64,000 nt of DNA from Eledone cirrhosa (lineage: Eukaryota), in assembly GCA_964016885.1 (NCBI GenBank), contig OZ024741.1, positions 206,336,001-206,400,000 on the forward strand, given 5' to 3'. The position numbers and the translations under genes are program-made. The notes beneath the pieces were generated by a model. That model saw nothing but the letters and a program-made list of their open reading frames with translations, did no database searches and was not told where the DNA came from. Below are positions 13,225 through 26,443 of this stretch, piece after piece; within the stretch, counting starts at the first letter, position 1; each line of letters begins with the position of its first letter.

Positions 13225-13415
13225 CTATAAGAAGCACTATCGGCCAATACAAGCCAAAAACTCAGAAGAATATGGAGTATACATACATTAAAGCATAGGA
13301 AAATTATCAAGTAAAAATTATCAAGTAAAAATTGCTAAGGAAGTGAATAACATTTTGAACCATATTATAAAGATAGTACAATGCAAAAGCTAAAGCTAAA
13401 CACAAGTGGTGATAT

Positions 13416-15268
13416 CTATCTATCTATCTAAGGCGGGTAAAATTCCCGAGTTCCATGGACGAGTCTCTCCAGCGGTCTCTGTCCCTCATTATCGCTGCCA
13501 TGTCCTGCATCTCCAACAGACCAGTGTCTGTCCTTAGGGCATCAACATACGTTAACCTTGGTCTTCCTCTTCTAGTGTGTCCATGTAGGGGCTCCCACAG
13601 GAGCACTGAGTGCAATGTCAACTCTGGATGTCGGTGAGCATGGCCAGCCAACCTCAGTCTCCTCTGTGTCACTTTTGAGCTGACTTTTGGGATGCTCCCA
13701 TACAGCTCTGAGTTTTTCATCCTCAGTGTATACTGATTAATGTTCAGAGCCATCCTCTGGATTCTCGTGTAGCACCCATCCACCATCTGAGTGAGTTTCT
13801 TGGTCAGTGTCCAAGTCCAAGACCCATACAGCAGCACAGACTCCACTACAGCAATGAAGAGGCGGATTTTCAGGTCTCTACGAAGGTCCGACTTCCACAC
13901 CGATCTCAAGCTGTGGCACGCCGCCCAGGCCTTGCTCTTCCTCTCAACCACATCATCCTCCGTATTCCCAATCTTTGCTCCCAAATACAGGAAGTCCTCA
14001 ACCAATTCCAGCGGCCTCCCGCCTACATTAGTGATCCCCTCTGGCTTCTCAACATTCTCTACCAGATATTTTGTTTTAGTCTCATTCATTCTCAGCGCCA
14101 CACTCATCGACACAGTCTCAACCTCCCGCATCAAATCCTCTGCCTCCTTCACTGTATTCGTCACCAAAACTATGTCGTCGACAAATTCAGCATCCGATAC
14201 CTTTTTCGCCCTAACTCTCCTGCTCTGAGCCGGTGCTACAGTAAAGCCAGAGTCCTGGTGTTTCTCCAGTGCAAGGCGCATACAATAGTCCACTACGATG
14301 ATAAAAAGGTAGTGAGGCAATATATCTCCCTGGAGCACTCCAGCCAGTATCTCAAAGAACTCTGTCATCCCATCAATGTGTAATGACTTGGGCTTTGGTG
14401 TTGGTGTAGAGCAGTGATATCAGGTCCACTTTCCTCTTGGGGATTCCATAAGCCTGTAAGATCTTCATCAGGCAGTAACGGTCCACAGAATCAAAGGCCT
14501 TCCCAAAGTCAATGAAAACCATGACCGCAGGCATGCACTTTGCTCTAGCTCCCTCTAATATCCTCATCAGCATCAGGATGTGACTGGTGGTTGATCTACC
14601 CTCTCTGAAGCCGTTCTGGTTGTCCCTGAGCTTCTTTTCCATCTCAGGCTGGATCCTGTTAAGAATCATCCTGTTGAGGGTCTTTGCCACAAGTGACGTC
14701 AGTGAGATCCCCTGGTAGTTTTTGGTGTTAGAGAGATCTCCCTTCTTTGGCACTGGGACGATGTTACTGATCCTCCACTGATTCGGAGCAACTCCTTTCT
14801 CCAGTGCCCCGTTACAGAACCCCAGGATGATATCATCAAATTCACACCTCTTCATCACCTCTGATGACACTCCATCTTCTCCATGAGCCTTGCCCTCCTT
14901 GATCCTCTTCTTGGCTCTCTGAAGCTCCTCTCTGGTGAAGGGCTCTGTCTCAACATCCAGTTCCTCAAACAGTCGCCTGATCTCCCCAGAGCTCTGGGCT
15001 GTGGAGGGTGGCTCTCCTAGTAGGGTCCTAAAATGGTCTAGCCATTTCCTCTTCCTAACCTCGGGCCCCGTTCCCTGGATCTTACTCGAACACCTCTTCA
15101 TCCCTGTGATCTGGTTGATGATCATCCAGCTCTCCTTACATCCAGATCTGTCAACCGCTCTCTCCACACTTCTGATCTTCTCTATCAATGCCTCCTCTCT
15201 GACCTCAGTGTAAGCGGTACAGAGCTCTTCCCTCATCACCTCCACAGTCTCCATCCTCTCCTCCGTAG
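13416..15268 (-). mobile_element. RTE-clade LINE, 5'-truncated
   Basis: RT motifs (QNGFREGRS, FIDFGKAFDSV, GVLQGD, FVDD, FLYLG) and an RTE-type C-terminus (RRLRLAGH..GRPRLTY); (TAGA)n tail; TSD AGTGGTGATAT at 13405-13415 and 15269-15279. Confidence 0.95.
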
Positions 15269-17258
15269 AGTGGTGATATAAAGGGAGAATTACGGTGCTA
15301 AATATAATATAATATAATATAATATAATTGATAATGATAATAATAATAATATTAAAAGGCCCAATAAACATACATATACATATACATATGTACACATATA
15401 CATATACATATATATATCAATACACATATCCATCTATACAAACCCAAACTAACACCTATTAAGAGTTTAAATATAAATAAAAATAAAAATAAAAATAAAA
15501 ATAAAAATAAAAATAAAAATAAAAATAAAAATAATACATATATTATTTACAGTATAAAATGATAAAGAAATGATTAAAAGTAAACATAAAATATAATATA
15601 CTATATAAATATATAATTAATAATCCCCGGTCAATTTGCACAAACAGTATAACTATTACAATAACACTATAATAACTTGGCATAAAACTTAACAAATCAT
15701 ATAAAGTTACACACAGGGGCTGAGAAAAAAATATCATACAGAACTAAATTGTGTTGAAAAGATTGTGCTGGAAAAATATCTATACCGTTGTAAGAAAACA
15801 GACGGAGGTCAAGTTTTTATACAATTGGTATAAATAAGTATTATCTAAACATTACAAAAATTATAAAAATATAAACATATTACAGAATTTACAAAATTTA
15901 ACATAAGGGTACATCAATATCAAATAATGAACATAGTATAATATACATAATTACATGGTTGGTAGACAGACATATGTGAATAAGTGAATAAGAACCAGAC
16001 AGAAACTACGCACAGTAGTAAAAAAAATATAAATATAAATAAAATCAAATCAACCGGAAATCGAAAAACAAAAACAAGAATATTTACTTAGGTGTCACAA
16101 GCAGTTAAGTAAAAAAAAATTAGGAAACAAACCCGGATAAATGACTAGAAAACCCTATTAAATTAATTAATATTTTTTTTTACTTAACTGCTTGTGACAC
16201 CTAAGTAAATATTTTTGTTTTTGTTTTTCGATTTCCGGTTGATTTTATTTTATTTATATTTATAATTTTTTTACTACTGTGCGTAGTTTCTGTCTGGTTC
16301 TTATTCACTTATTCACATATGTCTGTCTACCAACCATGTAATTATGTATATTATACTATGTTCATTATTTGATATTGATGTACCCTTATGTTAAATTTTG
16401 TAAATTCTGTAATATGTTTATATTTTTATAATTTTTGTAATGTTTAGATAATACTTATTTATACCAATTGTATAAAAACTTGACCTCCGTCTGTTTTCTT
16501 ACAACGGTATAGATATTTTTCCAGCACAATCTTTTCAAAACAATTTAGTTAGGTATGATATTTTTTTCTCACCCCCTGTGTGTAACTTTATATGATTTGT
16601 TAAGGTATATGCCAATATATTATAATATTGTTATTATAGTGTTATTGTAATATTGTTTGTGCAAATTGAACGGGGATTATTAATTATATATTTATATAGT
16701 ATATTATATTGTATATGTTTACTTTTACTCATTTCTTTATCATTTTATACTGTAAATTATATATGTATTATTTTTATTTTTATTTTTATTTTTATTTTTA
16801 TTTTTATTTTTATTTTTATTTTTATTTTTATTTTTATTTAAACTCTTAATAGGTGTTAGTTTGGGTTTGTATAGAAGGATATGTGTATTGATATATATAT
16901 GTATATGTATATGTGTACATATGTATATGTATGTTTATTGGGCCTTTTAATATTATTATTATTATCATTATCAATTATATTATATTATATTATATTATAT
17001 TATATTATATTATATTATATTATATTATATTATATTATATTATATTTAGCACCGTAATTCTCCCTTTATATCACCACTTGTGTTTAGCTTTAGTTTTTGC
17101 ATTGTACTATATTTATAATATGGTTCAAAATGTTATTCACTTCCTTAGCAATTTTTACTTGATAATTTTTACTTGATAATTTTCCTATCCTTTAATGTAT
17201 GTACACTCCATATTCTTCTGAGTTTTTGGCTTGTATTGGCCGATAGTGCTTCTTATAG

Positions 17259-17312
17259 CTTTACTTACCCTGATGAGTCCTAAATAGGACGAAACATTGT
17301 TGGCTAATAAAG
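17259..17312 (+). ncRNA. Minimal hammerhead ribozyme motif
   Basis: CTGATGA (17270-17276) GTCCT aaat AGGAC GAAA CATTG TT GGCTAATAAAG. Confidence 0.88.
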
Positions 17313-17450
17313 ACTTTTGATGTATTGAAGGCTTCTTTGGTTTATTTCTTAATTCTTCGGCTCTGTTTAATTACATTGAGCTATACCTTTACTGTCATTT
17401 CTATAATATGAAGAGGGTGTTTAACTCCAACACACTCTAGTATTTTAATT

Positions 17451-17491
<41 letters not shown>

Positions 17492-17619
17492 GCTAGGGCT
17501 GTGAAATTCTGCATGCTTTCATTTCAGCTCTTCTTATTAATAACTGCATTGTTTCTTTCTAGGTAAAGTGACATCTGATATCTGACTGTTCACAGAAGAC
17601 TTCTTGTGCCTTAATCAGA

Positions 17620-18835
17620 AACCACATAGATGGATAGTAGAATGTTTGAAAATGTTTGGTATTGCAGCTAACATTAGACAGTTTCTGGTGAACAGTATGG
17701 ATGGTTGGAAGACTGAACTGACACCATGTAGACGAACATTAGGAGTTGTGAAGATCATGAAAGGAATATTTCAGGGAGACAGTCTTTCACCTTTGCTGCT
17801 TGTACTGTGTATGGTACCACTTTCACTGGTGTTGTGAAGGTCAAAGGGTGTCTACGAGTGGAGAGGACGAGAGTTTAATATAAACCACCCGCTGTTCATG
17901 AATGACCTAAACATTTCTGGGAAATCATATGAACATATTGATTCCCTTATACAGACAGTTCTTACATTCAGTACGGACATAGGAATGGAATTTGGCATAA
18001 AAAGTGTGGAGAGCTACTACAGAAGCTAGGTAGAATTAATGTGATGGAAGGAATTGAATTACTAGATGTACAAATTATGACATTGGGTATAAGTACTTAA
18101 GCATCCTGGAAACAAACCAAATGAAAGAGAAGGAGATGAAAGAATTATTATCAAAGGAATATAAATGGAGATTGATAAATGAAGTTCAATATTGACAAAT
18201 CGGTGAATTCCCCACTTTTAGGCTGTGTAGTGAGAAAGGTGAGACTATAAACCACATTATTTGTACGGTGGATTGTTAGTATCGGTAGAGGGTTGGACGC
18301 CATGCTTTGCAGCATAGAGAGTTGCAGCCCTTTATGGTCTGAGTTCAAATCCCGCCGAGGTTAACTTTGCCTTTCATCCTTACCGGGTCAATAGAATAAA
18401 GCACCAGTAATGCACTGGGATAACTGCTGGCCTTGTGCCAAAAGTAGAAACAATTATTAGTGAATATAAGATGGTGCTCAGAAAGAGTACAAGAGAAGGC
18501 ACGACAGCATTAAAAGATCAGTTGATTGAAAACTCTGTTATAAGTATGCCATGAGAAATGGTATCAGCGCCAACCAGAAATGATTGCTGAGAAGTGGTAC
18601 TGATTGTGGTTGGCGTACTGGGAACAGTTTGTAGAAGGTCGGATGCATGGCTTGGGAAGCTAGAAATTACCATCAAGACAGGATTGTTACAGAAAACAGC
18701 CTTGCTGGGAACAGCAAGAATTCTAAGAAGTTGAAAGAGAAGGAATGTCTCAAATGACCTTTGACCATTGGCCATGGCTCGCTCTTTTTGTATAGTGTTG
18801 GTATAACATTTGCCAGAGCAAAAGCGTTACGAATA
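17620..18835 (+). pseudogene. Degenerate R4/Dong-like LINE
   Basis: [12 protein letters not shown] in ORF 17604-17837; C-terminal LQKTALLGTARILR-like sequence near 18690; (TAA)n tail. Confidence 0.75.
18264..18458 (+). mobile_element. tRNA-derived SINE (major family)
   Basis: B-box GAGTTCAAATCCC; central CTTTCATCCTTAC.GGGTC block; 3' GGCCTTGTGCC..GAAAC(AAT)n. Confidence 0.85.
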
Positions 18836-18840
18836 ATAAT

Positions 18841-19050
18841 AATTGTTTCTTACATAGGCACAAGGCCAGCAATCTTTTTTTTTTGTGTGTGTGTGTGGGT
18901 AGGGGGTGGTGGCTAGTCGATTAAATCGACCCCAGTACGTTACGGGTGATTTATTTTATCGACCCCGAAAGGATGAAAGACCATAAAGGACCGTAACTCT
19001 ATGCTGCAAAGCATGGTGTCCCTCTCTCTACCGATCCTACCAATCCAGCG
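18841..19050 (-). mobile_element. tRNA-derived SINE (major family)
   Basis: Reverse complement of the same blocks, with an internal deletion. Confidence 0.8.
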
Positions 19051-19635
19051 CCCTAGTAACAATAATAAGTACTCGAATATTAATAATTAGTGGTGGACAC
19101 AAGTGGAAATATATATATATATAAAAACTTCTGTAAAGAGATTGATAGATTACCTATAATGATAGACCTAGTGACGTTCCAGAAGACGTCAAAATTAGGT
19201 ATTGTAAATATTATTAACTACCAAGTTAAAGATATGCTAGTGAGTGAACGTCTCAATCACGCCATTTGTAATCGGAGCAACGAGAACGAGACAAATGTCA
19301 TTTCTGTAAAGACATTGACTGATTACGTACCAGGATAGATATAGATTTTATGATCTGTAATTATTGTTAGCTATGAAATTAAATACATTATGGAATGTGT
19401 CTATGTTCCCATGCGTAATCGGTACAACGGGAATGATACACCAAGCACGAGCTGACGCTGGTGCGTCTATATATTCTCATAATCTGCTAGATGTAGAAGC
19501 CACATTTCAATCAAATATCACATCTTACCACTATGGGAAAGAAAGAATACTAACATAGTCCTCCAAACACCCACACACAAACACATATACTCACACACAA
19601 TGTATATATATTTATATATAACATATATATATAAA

Positions 19636-20261
19636 ATTAGAATTGGTGCTCTGAAATAGCAATGTGTATATGAATGTATATATAGTGTATTTTGCAATAC
19701 ACTGTATGCTTAATTAAAAACATTGTGAAGACCATACGCTATTGTTTCAAAGTAGCGACATTGTAACTTAGTTAACTTTTCGGCAGGCAGGGGGAGATAC
19801 GTTGACAGCGCTGTTTCGTACTAATTGGTACTTGCCGAAAATTTAAGTAAGTGACAATGTCGCTACTTTAAAACAATAGCGTATGATCTTCAAAATGATT
19901 TTAATTAAGCATACAGTGTATTGAAAAATACACTGTATATACATTCATATATATATATCGCTATTTCAGAGCAACAATTCTAATTTTCCATTCCTGCTGG
20001 GCCGGCGACCGCTCTGTAAAATTAGTTCCTGATTGTTACTGGAATTCTATAAGAATCCAACAAACATAATTTTCGGCAGACGGGGAGAGTACTGAGTTTT
20101 GCAAGTACCAATTGGTACGAAACAGCGCTGTCAACTTATCTCCCCCTGCCTGCCGAAAATTTAAGTAAGCGACAATGTCGCTACTTTAAAACAGTAGCGT
20201 ATGGTCTTCAACATGCTTTTAATTAATAATACAGTGTATTGCAAAATACACTATATATACG

Positions 20262-20265
<4 letters not shown>
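19636..20265 (+). mobile_element. Foldback plus partial tandem unit (period about 318) with an HHR-like scaffold
   Basis: 19636-19835 is inverted relative to the plus-strand unit; TGCCGAAAATTTAAG at 19833 and 20151; GTACC aatt GGTAC GAAA CAGCGCTG TC at 20105-20132. Confidence 0.8.
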
Positions 20266-20313
<48 letters not shown>

Positions 20314-20320
20314 ATATATG

Positions 20321-23300
20321 TAAAAGAATAGAGGTGTAACACACGAGTTATGATATATTGGTAAAAGGAAAAGAAAATGCTGACAAATTGTTCCCAGTGA
20401 AAAATAGTTTAATTAGGAATAAGTAAAAATTAGTAATAGTATTGGTTAGTATTCAGTTTTGGTTTTAAGTTTTTACCGGTTGCGCATTTCTAATGCTTTT
20501 CGAAAATAATTTTGAGATAGAGCGCCCGTGATGTTTGCTCTAATCTGAGTAGTTTTGGAAATTCTACCTGTTTTGTGTGAAAAAAGTGGCTCCAGATGTA
20601 TTAAAATAAGTTTCGCGCCAATTCGTGTTGCAAAAATTCTTGTGGTGAAAACAATTTTGATTGGTCGGTAGAGGTCATGTGAATGTTAAAAATTGATTTT
20701 GCGCCAAATGTAGGTTTGTCTCGGCTGATTGAGAGGTCACTGAAAGATAAGTTTTTTAAGACAAATATGTGTGTGTGTGTGTGTGTAGTAGTAGTAGTAG
20801 TAGTAAAGAAGTTCATTGTTGTGATAATGGTCAGTAGGGATGTGTGTGTGCGAACCGCAGCCTGCTGACAGGTCAACAGTTCAGATGCCTATTAAGACAA
20901 GTGTGTGTGTGTGTGGGGGGGGGGGCTATATGTGTGTGTGTAGCAGAGTAATTCGTGGTAGAGGGATCGGTCAGTAGGAATGTGTCTGTACGTGTGTGGG
21001 ATATTTTAACATGTTAAAATATATTTTTCACCTCTTGTCTTATACGGAGAAGTGTGTGTGTGTGTATGTCTAATTGTATGTTAGTGTACGCGTGTGTATT
21101 TGTGTGTGTACATATATGTGTGTGTGTGTGTATGTGTGTATGTGTGTGTGTGTGGGTGGACCAGTATTTTTGTGATACTGGTAACAATGGTGTACATTAT
21201 TCGATATTTTCAGTAAAAACGATTCTCTCAATAGAACATCAAAAACCTTAATAATAAAAGGTGTGAAATGATATATAGTATTGGCATAACACCAAGGTGT
21301 GTGTGAGTGTCCAGATTGTACTTACTGCAAGGGGAATCCATTAGGCCCTGCCGTATTGGAATACTTGTGTACAAATATGTATGTGCCCATCAGTGTGCAA
21401 TGTATGTGTGCGTATATGTATGTGTGTGTGTCGGCACGTTTATATCTATAGACATCAAAAGGTATGCAAATTTGTGTATATTTGTGTTGCACCATAGAAC
21501 ATGTGTGTTTACGTATGTCATTGTGTTTATATTTGGATAGAGATGTATGTAGGGTGTATGCTGATGTAGGTATGTATGTTGACGTGTGTATATTGTGGGT
21601 TCGTCTTAGGGAGAAGTGTTTAGACGGGGTCCGTATTTGTTAATAAAGTGAGATTCCTTGCTGATGCGCTAGGTGTGGGTGGCATTATCTTTAAATTTGT
21701 AGAGGGGAAAGATTCTGAAGTTGGGATGATTTTGGGTGGCACAGGTATCAATGTGTTCACTCAGTGGTATTTTCCTGTATTCCCGTATTTTAATTTGGGA
21801 TCTATGGACAGTCATGCGTTGGCGGGGGCTGTTTTTGGTCTGGCCTATGTATTGTTCCCGACAACCTGAGCAAGTTAATACATATATTAGATTTTCTGAC
21901 GCGCATGTGAAATTGTGTTTTACTATAAAACGTTGTCTTTCTTTGAAAGAGAATTCCGGACCCTCTATTAGGTTGATGCATATGCGACAGTTGGGTCTAT
22001 CGCATTTTTTTACTGTGGGTTTCGTTGTTGTGGTTGGCAGTACTTTGGCATGTGTTAGGATGTTTTTCATTGACTTAGATTGTCTTTTGCTCTTTATGAT
22101 ATCGTGTGTTCGTAGGATTTGGTTCATTCTATGGTTCTTTTTTAACACAGGGATGTTCTGGAGGATGGTGACAAAGGCCTCATTGTTGAGGGGGTTGTGT
22201 GTGGAGATGTATGGAAGAGCTTTTAGTTTCGGTTGATTTACTTTAGGGTGTCTAAGGTCCTGGGTACTGAGTTTTAGGGCACGTTGGATTCCATTGTCAA
22301 TTAGTGATGCAGGGTAGTCTCTGCCTATGAGTGTGTCCTTTAGTTCTTGTAGCCGTAAGTAACGGGTGTTTTTATTGGAGACTATAGTGCAGATTCTTTT
22401 GGCTAAGTTGTAGGGAATATTAATTTTAACGTGTCTAGGGTGGCAAGAGTTGAAAGGAAGATATTGCTTGGAGTCTGTGGGCTTGTAGTATATGTCTGTT
22501 TCTATTTTTTTGTTATGAATCTTAATGAGGATGTCGAGGAAGGGGAGTTGTTGATGGCTGTATTCCATCCCGAAGTTAATATTCGTGCTGAGCCCAGTTA
22601 TAAGGGTGTGAAATTCTTTAAGTTTCTCGACGTTTTCGTGCCAAAGGATGAAGCAGTCATCTAGATATCGCTTCCAGTTCCTTTCTATGTGTAAGTAGAG
22701 AGTGTTTTCAAATTTATTTAGTACTTTAGTGTAGAAGGTGATTTCCTGTTATCCCATGACTAGGTTGGCATAAGTGGGGGCTGTTTTCGTTCCCATAGCG
22801 GTCCCAGATTTCTGCTTGTAGGGATTGTTATTGAAAACGAAGTAATTGTTCTCCAAGATAAATTTGAGTCCCTCTATCACGAATTCTTTTTTGATGCGTT
22901 GTGGGAGTTCATTATGGTAATTATCTAGCCAGAATTTGATAGCTTCTATTCCTAGTTTGTGGGGGATGTTGGAGTATAGGTTGACTACATCGAACGTCAC
23001 TAGTAGGGTTTGTTCAGAAAGGGGCATATTAGGGAGGTGATTGAGCATATCTAGGTCGTCCCTTATATAGCTTTTGATGTGTTGGAGAAAAGGCTTGAGA
23101 AGGGTATCAATGAAGTTGCTAAGGCGTTGGGTTTCGCAAGAGGGGCCTGCTATTATAGGTCTTAATTTGAGATCATTGGGTGAGGGGACATTGATGACTA
23201 TGTCTGTGGCTTCCTTGCATGCCTTACTTATTAATTCGCTCTTATGTACTTTAGGTATACCGTAGAAAAGGCTGGATTTACTTGTGAAGTCTGTGATGAA

Positions 23301-23445
23301 GCTGAATTCCTTGTTAATGAGTCCTTCTTTGTATTGGTTGATCAGAGTTTTTAGGTTTCTCATAATTTTCTGTTGATTGTAGTGTTCAGCCTTTTAGTAG
23401 TATGTTTCGTTTTCCAAAGTTGAGAGCCCTAAGTTGATATAGAAT
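20321..23445 (-). mobile_element. Penelope-like retroelement, Neptune-type, 5'-truncated
   Basis: RT (FYGIPKVHK, LRPII, FDVVNLY, GTAMGT, RYLDD, LPFLD, YYKPT), Cys linker CDRPNCRIC, GIY-YIG (LIYVLTC..YIGQT..R..H); about 1.3 kb 3'UTR; in TA-rich flanks. Confidence 0.95.
21606..23445 (-). pseudogene. PLE reverse transcriptase / GIY-YIG endonuclease ORF with in-frame stops
   Basis: ORFs 22749-23363 and 21669-22568 share one frame; premature stops near 23394, at 22749-22751 and at 21669-21671 (CAG in the 11.8 kb copy). Confidence 0.9.
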
Positions 23446-23456
23446 TGTGTGTGTAC

Positions 23457-23531
<75 letters not shown>

Positions 23532-23589
23532 TATATGTGTGTGTGTATAAGAATAGACAAACATAAAGCAATTTCAGTCATATTACACC

Positions 23590-23950
23590 TTAAATAGCGC
23601 AAATGCTATATAGACTACAGAACATAAGCTGGCGCTATCTGACGTTGAAACAACTATATGCCGGCCTTCCACGCATATCTGTCGTTGTACGTAAAAGGAC
23701 TAAAAGGAGGGTAAAAATTGCTGGCCTTTGTCATCGTGCCACATCTGAGGCTGTGTCCCCACCAGTGCTTTGAAAACCACAAGTAATCACTAATAACAGG
23801 TGGTGCAAGCTCTCCTATCCCGATGTCATCTCCAGAGATTCTGGTACTGAAATCTAGGACTTAGCAATGGCAATGAACGGCAGACCCACGTGGAGATCAA
23901 TTGTTTAGTCAATTTCAGCTGCGGCCGCCGCATTATGATGGATGATGATA
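23590..23950 (+). pseudogene. Degenerate RTE-like LINE 3' fragment
   Basis: Residual similarity to the RTE C-terminus (RR..AG.CHR; GA..SYPDVISRD.G); (GAT)n tail. Confidence 0.5.
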
Positions 23951-24493
23951 TAGGCTAAAAATTATGATTTGCAGAGCTTCACTTTTCCAAACTTTTAAGG
24001 TGTAAAAATTTACAATATATTAAAAGTAAGCATTGCAATCAAAAAATAAAATTTAAAATAAAAATATAATTCCACCTACAAAATCATGCTTATAGTGCGG
24101 TCTCGTTCTGGCAAATAAATAGATATTAAGGTTATCAATTAATAAATTAAGACGCCGAAACCTTAAAACATACCTTATGGTTTTACAAGAAAATTAAAGT
24201 GTAATACATTGTGCTGTTACATGTCTAGACTGCAAAACCACCTCTTAGCAAAGGACACGCTAATATTATAAATAAAAGTCCATGTGCTTTTAGCTTTAAA
24301 ACAGTAGGTCCGACCTCAAAAGCCGGAGCTTAAAAGGAAGCAAGAGATAGACCCATAAAGAAACTCTAACTAGATTAATTGAATTAATTAATAAGAGTAG
24401 CAATAATTAATAAGAGTAGCAATAATATAGGAATAGACTCAAATAAAACCATTTGAGTATAGTATATTACAACTATATTACACACACACGGGT

Positions 24494-24632
<139 letters not shown>

Positions 24633-24691
24633 TATATAGTGAAAGAGTGAATAATAACATGGTCAACATTACAAAATAAGTTTTATTTACA

Positions 24692-24800
24692 GTATTAACA
24701 ATTGTTTCATTGATTAGGGTGTCTAAAGATTGCTAATCACTTGAAGTTGTGTCACCCAATCTTAAATACAATGTATGCCTAATCAAATCATCAGAATAAC
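24692..24800 (-). ncRNA. Hammerhead motif with a long stem II insertion
   Basis: Minus strand TATT-CTGATGA-tTTGATTAGG..(about 60 nt)..CCTAATCAAt-GAAA-CAATTG-TT-AATA. Confidence 0.75.
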
Positions 24801-25018
24801 TGACAAAAATTACACACTAGAACTATCAGTATTTTGGTTTCTTCCTCAGGGAATTGTTTGACCAAATATTTTGTTTATTTGTTTATTAATTTTTTACAAA
24901 ATGTTATTCTTTCTCTTAAACTTTTTTTTAAAATATTTTTTTAAAGCAAATCATTGGCCCCTACAATGCTACCGTGGGCCCACTTGCCATTTGGCAGCCT
25001 GGTAACCTGGCCAGTCCA

Positions 25019-25400
<382 letters not shown>

Positions 25401-25506
25401 AAAATAACAGATTAAAGTTTAAGCAAAGAATCGCTGCTTTATATATTTGATATATATTTTCCTTATCGAGCCCTCTTTGGATTTTAGTCTTCAATTTTAT
25501 TATTAT

Positions 25507-25541
<35 letters not shown>

Positions 25542-25589
25542 TATATATATTTATATATATTTATATTTGTTTTGCAAGGATTTTGATAT

Positions 25590-25833
25590 GAAATCGTGTG
25601 TCGAAACAAATATTGCTATACTTGGGGAGGGTCATATTTTTATAATATTGCCAGAAATAATAACAGGACACACTCACTGTTTGGTTTGGATTGGTCTTCG
25701 TTTCTGTATCTTTTATATCTCCATTAACTATGGAGATATAAAAAACACAGAAGCGAAAACCAACCCAAACAGTGAGTGCGTTCTGTTATTATTTCTGGGA
25801 CTATTATAACAATATGACCCTCCCCAAGTATAG

Positions 25834-25838
<5 letters not shown>
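25590..25838. repeat. Foldback of the 3' end of the 10.2-10.4 kb family
   Basis: About 25611-25737 inverted against about 25730-25838; TA-rich flanks. Confidence 0.8.
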
Positions 25839-25866
<28 letters not shown>

Positions 25867-25870
<4 letters not shown>

Positions 25871-26150
25871 TAAAATTAGTCCGTCATCAGTGATCTTCCA
25901 ACCGCTGTGACCAGCGGCGCCGAATGGCGTCCGACAGACTGGTCGGCTATGGTGATCAAGGTGATATGTATATATAGAGACAGAGTGATATATATATATA
26001 TATATATATATATCTCACTCTGTCTCTATATGCATATCACCTTGATCACCATGACCGACCAGTATGTCGGGCGCCATTCGGCGCCGCTGGTCACAGCACG
26101 TTGCTGTTTTAGTCATAAGATGACACCATCCCACTGGCTGGGCGGGCAGG
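25867..26150. repeat. GC-rich inverted repeat centred on (TA)n
   Basis: 25904-25990 inverted against 26012-26097; left end shares GGTTGGAAGATCACTGA with the 9 kb family. Confidence 0.75.
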
Positions 26151-26152
26151 CC

Positions 26153-26443
26153 GTAAGTCTAAAGTCTGTCTTAAGCCAGAAGGCTCATTTGGCCGGTGCT
26201 TATCCCGGCTTCATGGCGTGAAGCGACTGAGAGCACAAGACTCCCTCTGGACAGGACGCCTGTCCATCGCAGGGTTAAACCTCCAGCTATTGCTGGGTAC
26301 TCATTTTCAGCTCAGTAAACTGGAGCAACGTGAAATAAAGTGTCTTGCTCAAGGAAACAACGCATCACCCGGTCTGAGAATTGAACTCACAACCTTTCGA
26401 CAGCAAACCCAATGCTCTAACCACAAAGCCATGTGCCTTCACA
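26153..26443 (-). mobile_element. tRNA-derived SINE, second family (V-domain-like core)
   Basis: Head GGCACATGGCTTTGTGGTTAG..GAGTTCAATTC; CCTGCGATGGACAGGCGTCCTGTCC core; matches 42140-42394. Confidence 0.85.

Larger units (their letters stand above)
13129..17452. mobile_element. Large foldback HHR element (arms about 1.15 kb), left arm interrupted by an RTE
   Basis: Left arm 13129-13415 + 15280-16120 is the reverse complement of 16172-17353; unique tail 17354-17452; (TA)n flanks. Confidence 0.9.

Noticed and set aside
14373-15395. 340-aa ORF N-terminus as part of the RTE protein
   Set aside because: The first 40 or so codons lie in flanking foldback DNA beyond the TSD at 15269.
13129-17452. 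Foldbacks as amplification or assembly chimeras
   Set aside because: Arms differ by substitutions, and one arm has a TSD-flanked insertion absent from the other; breakpoints follow a repeated rule.
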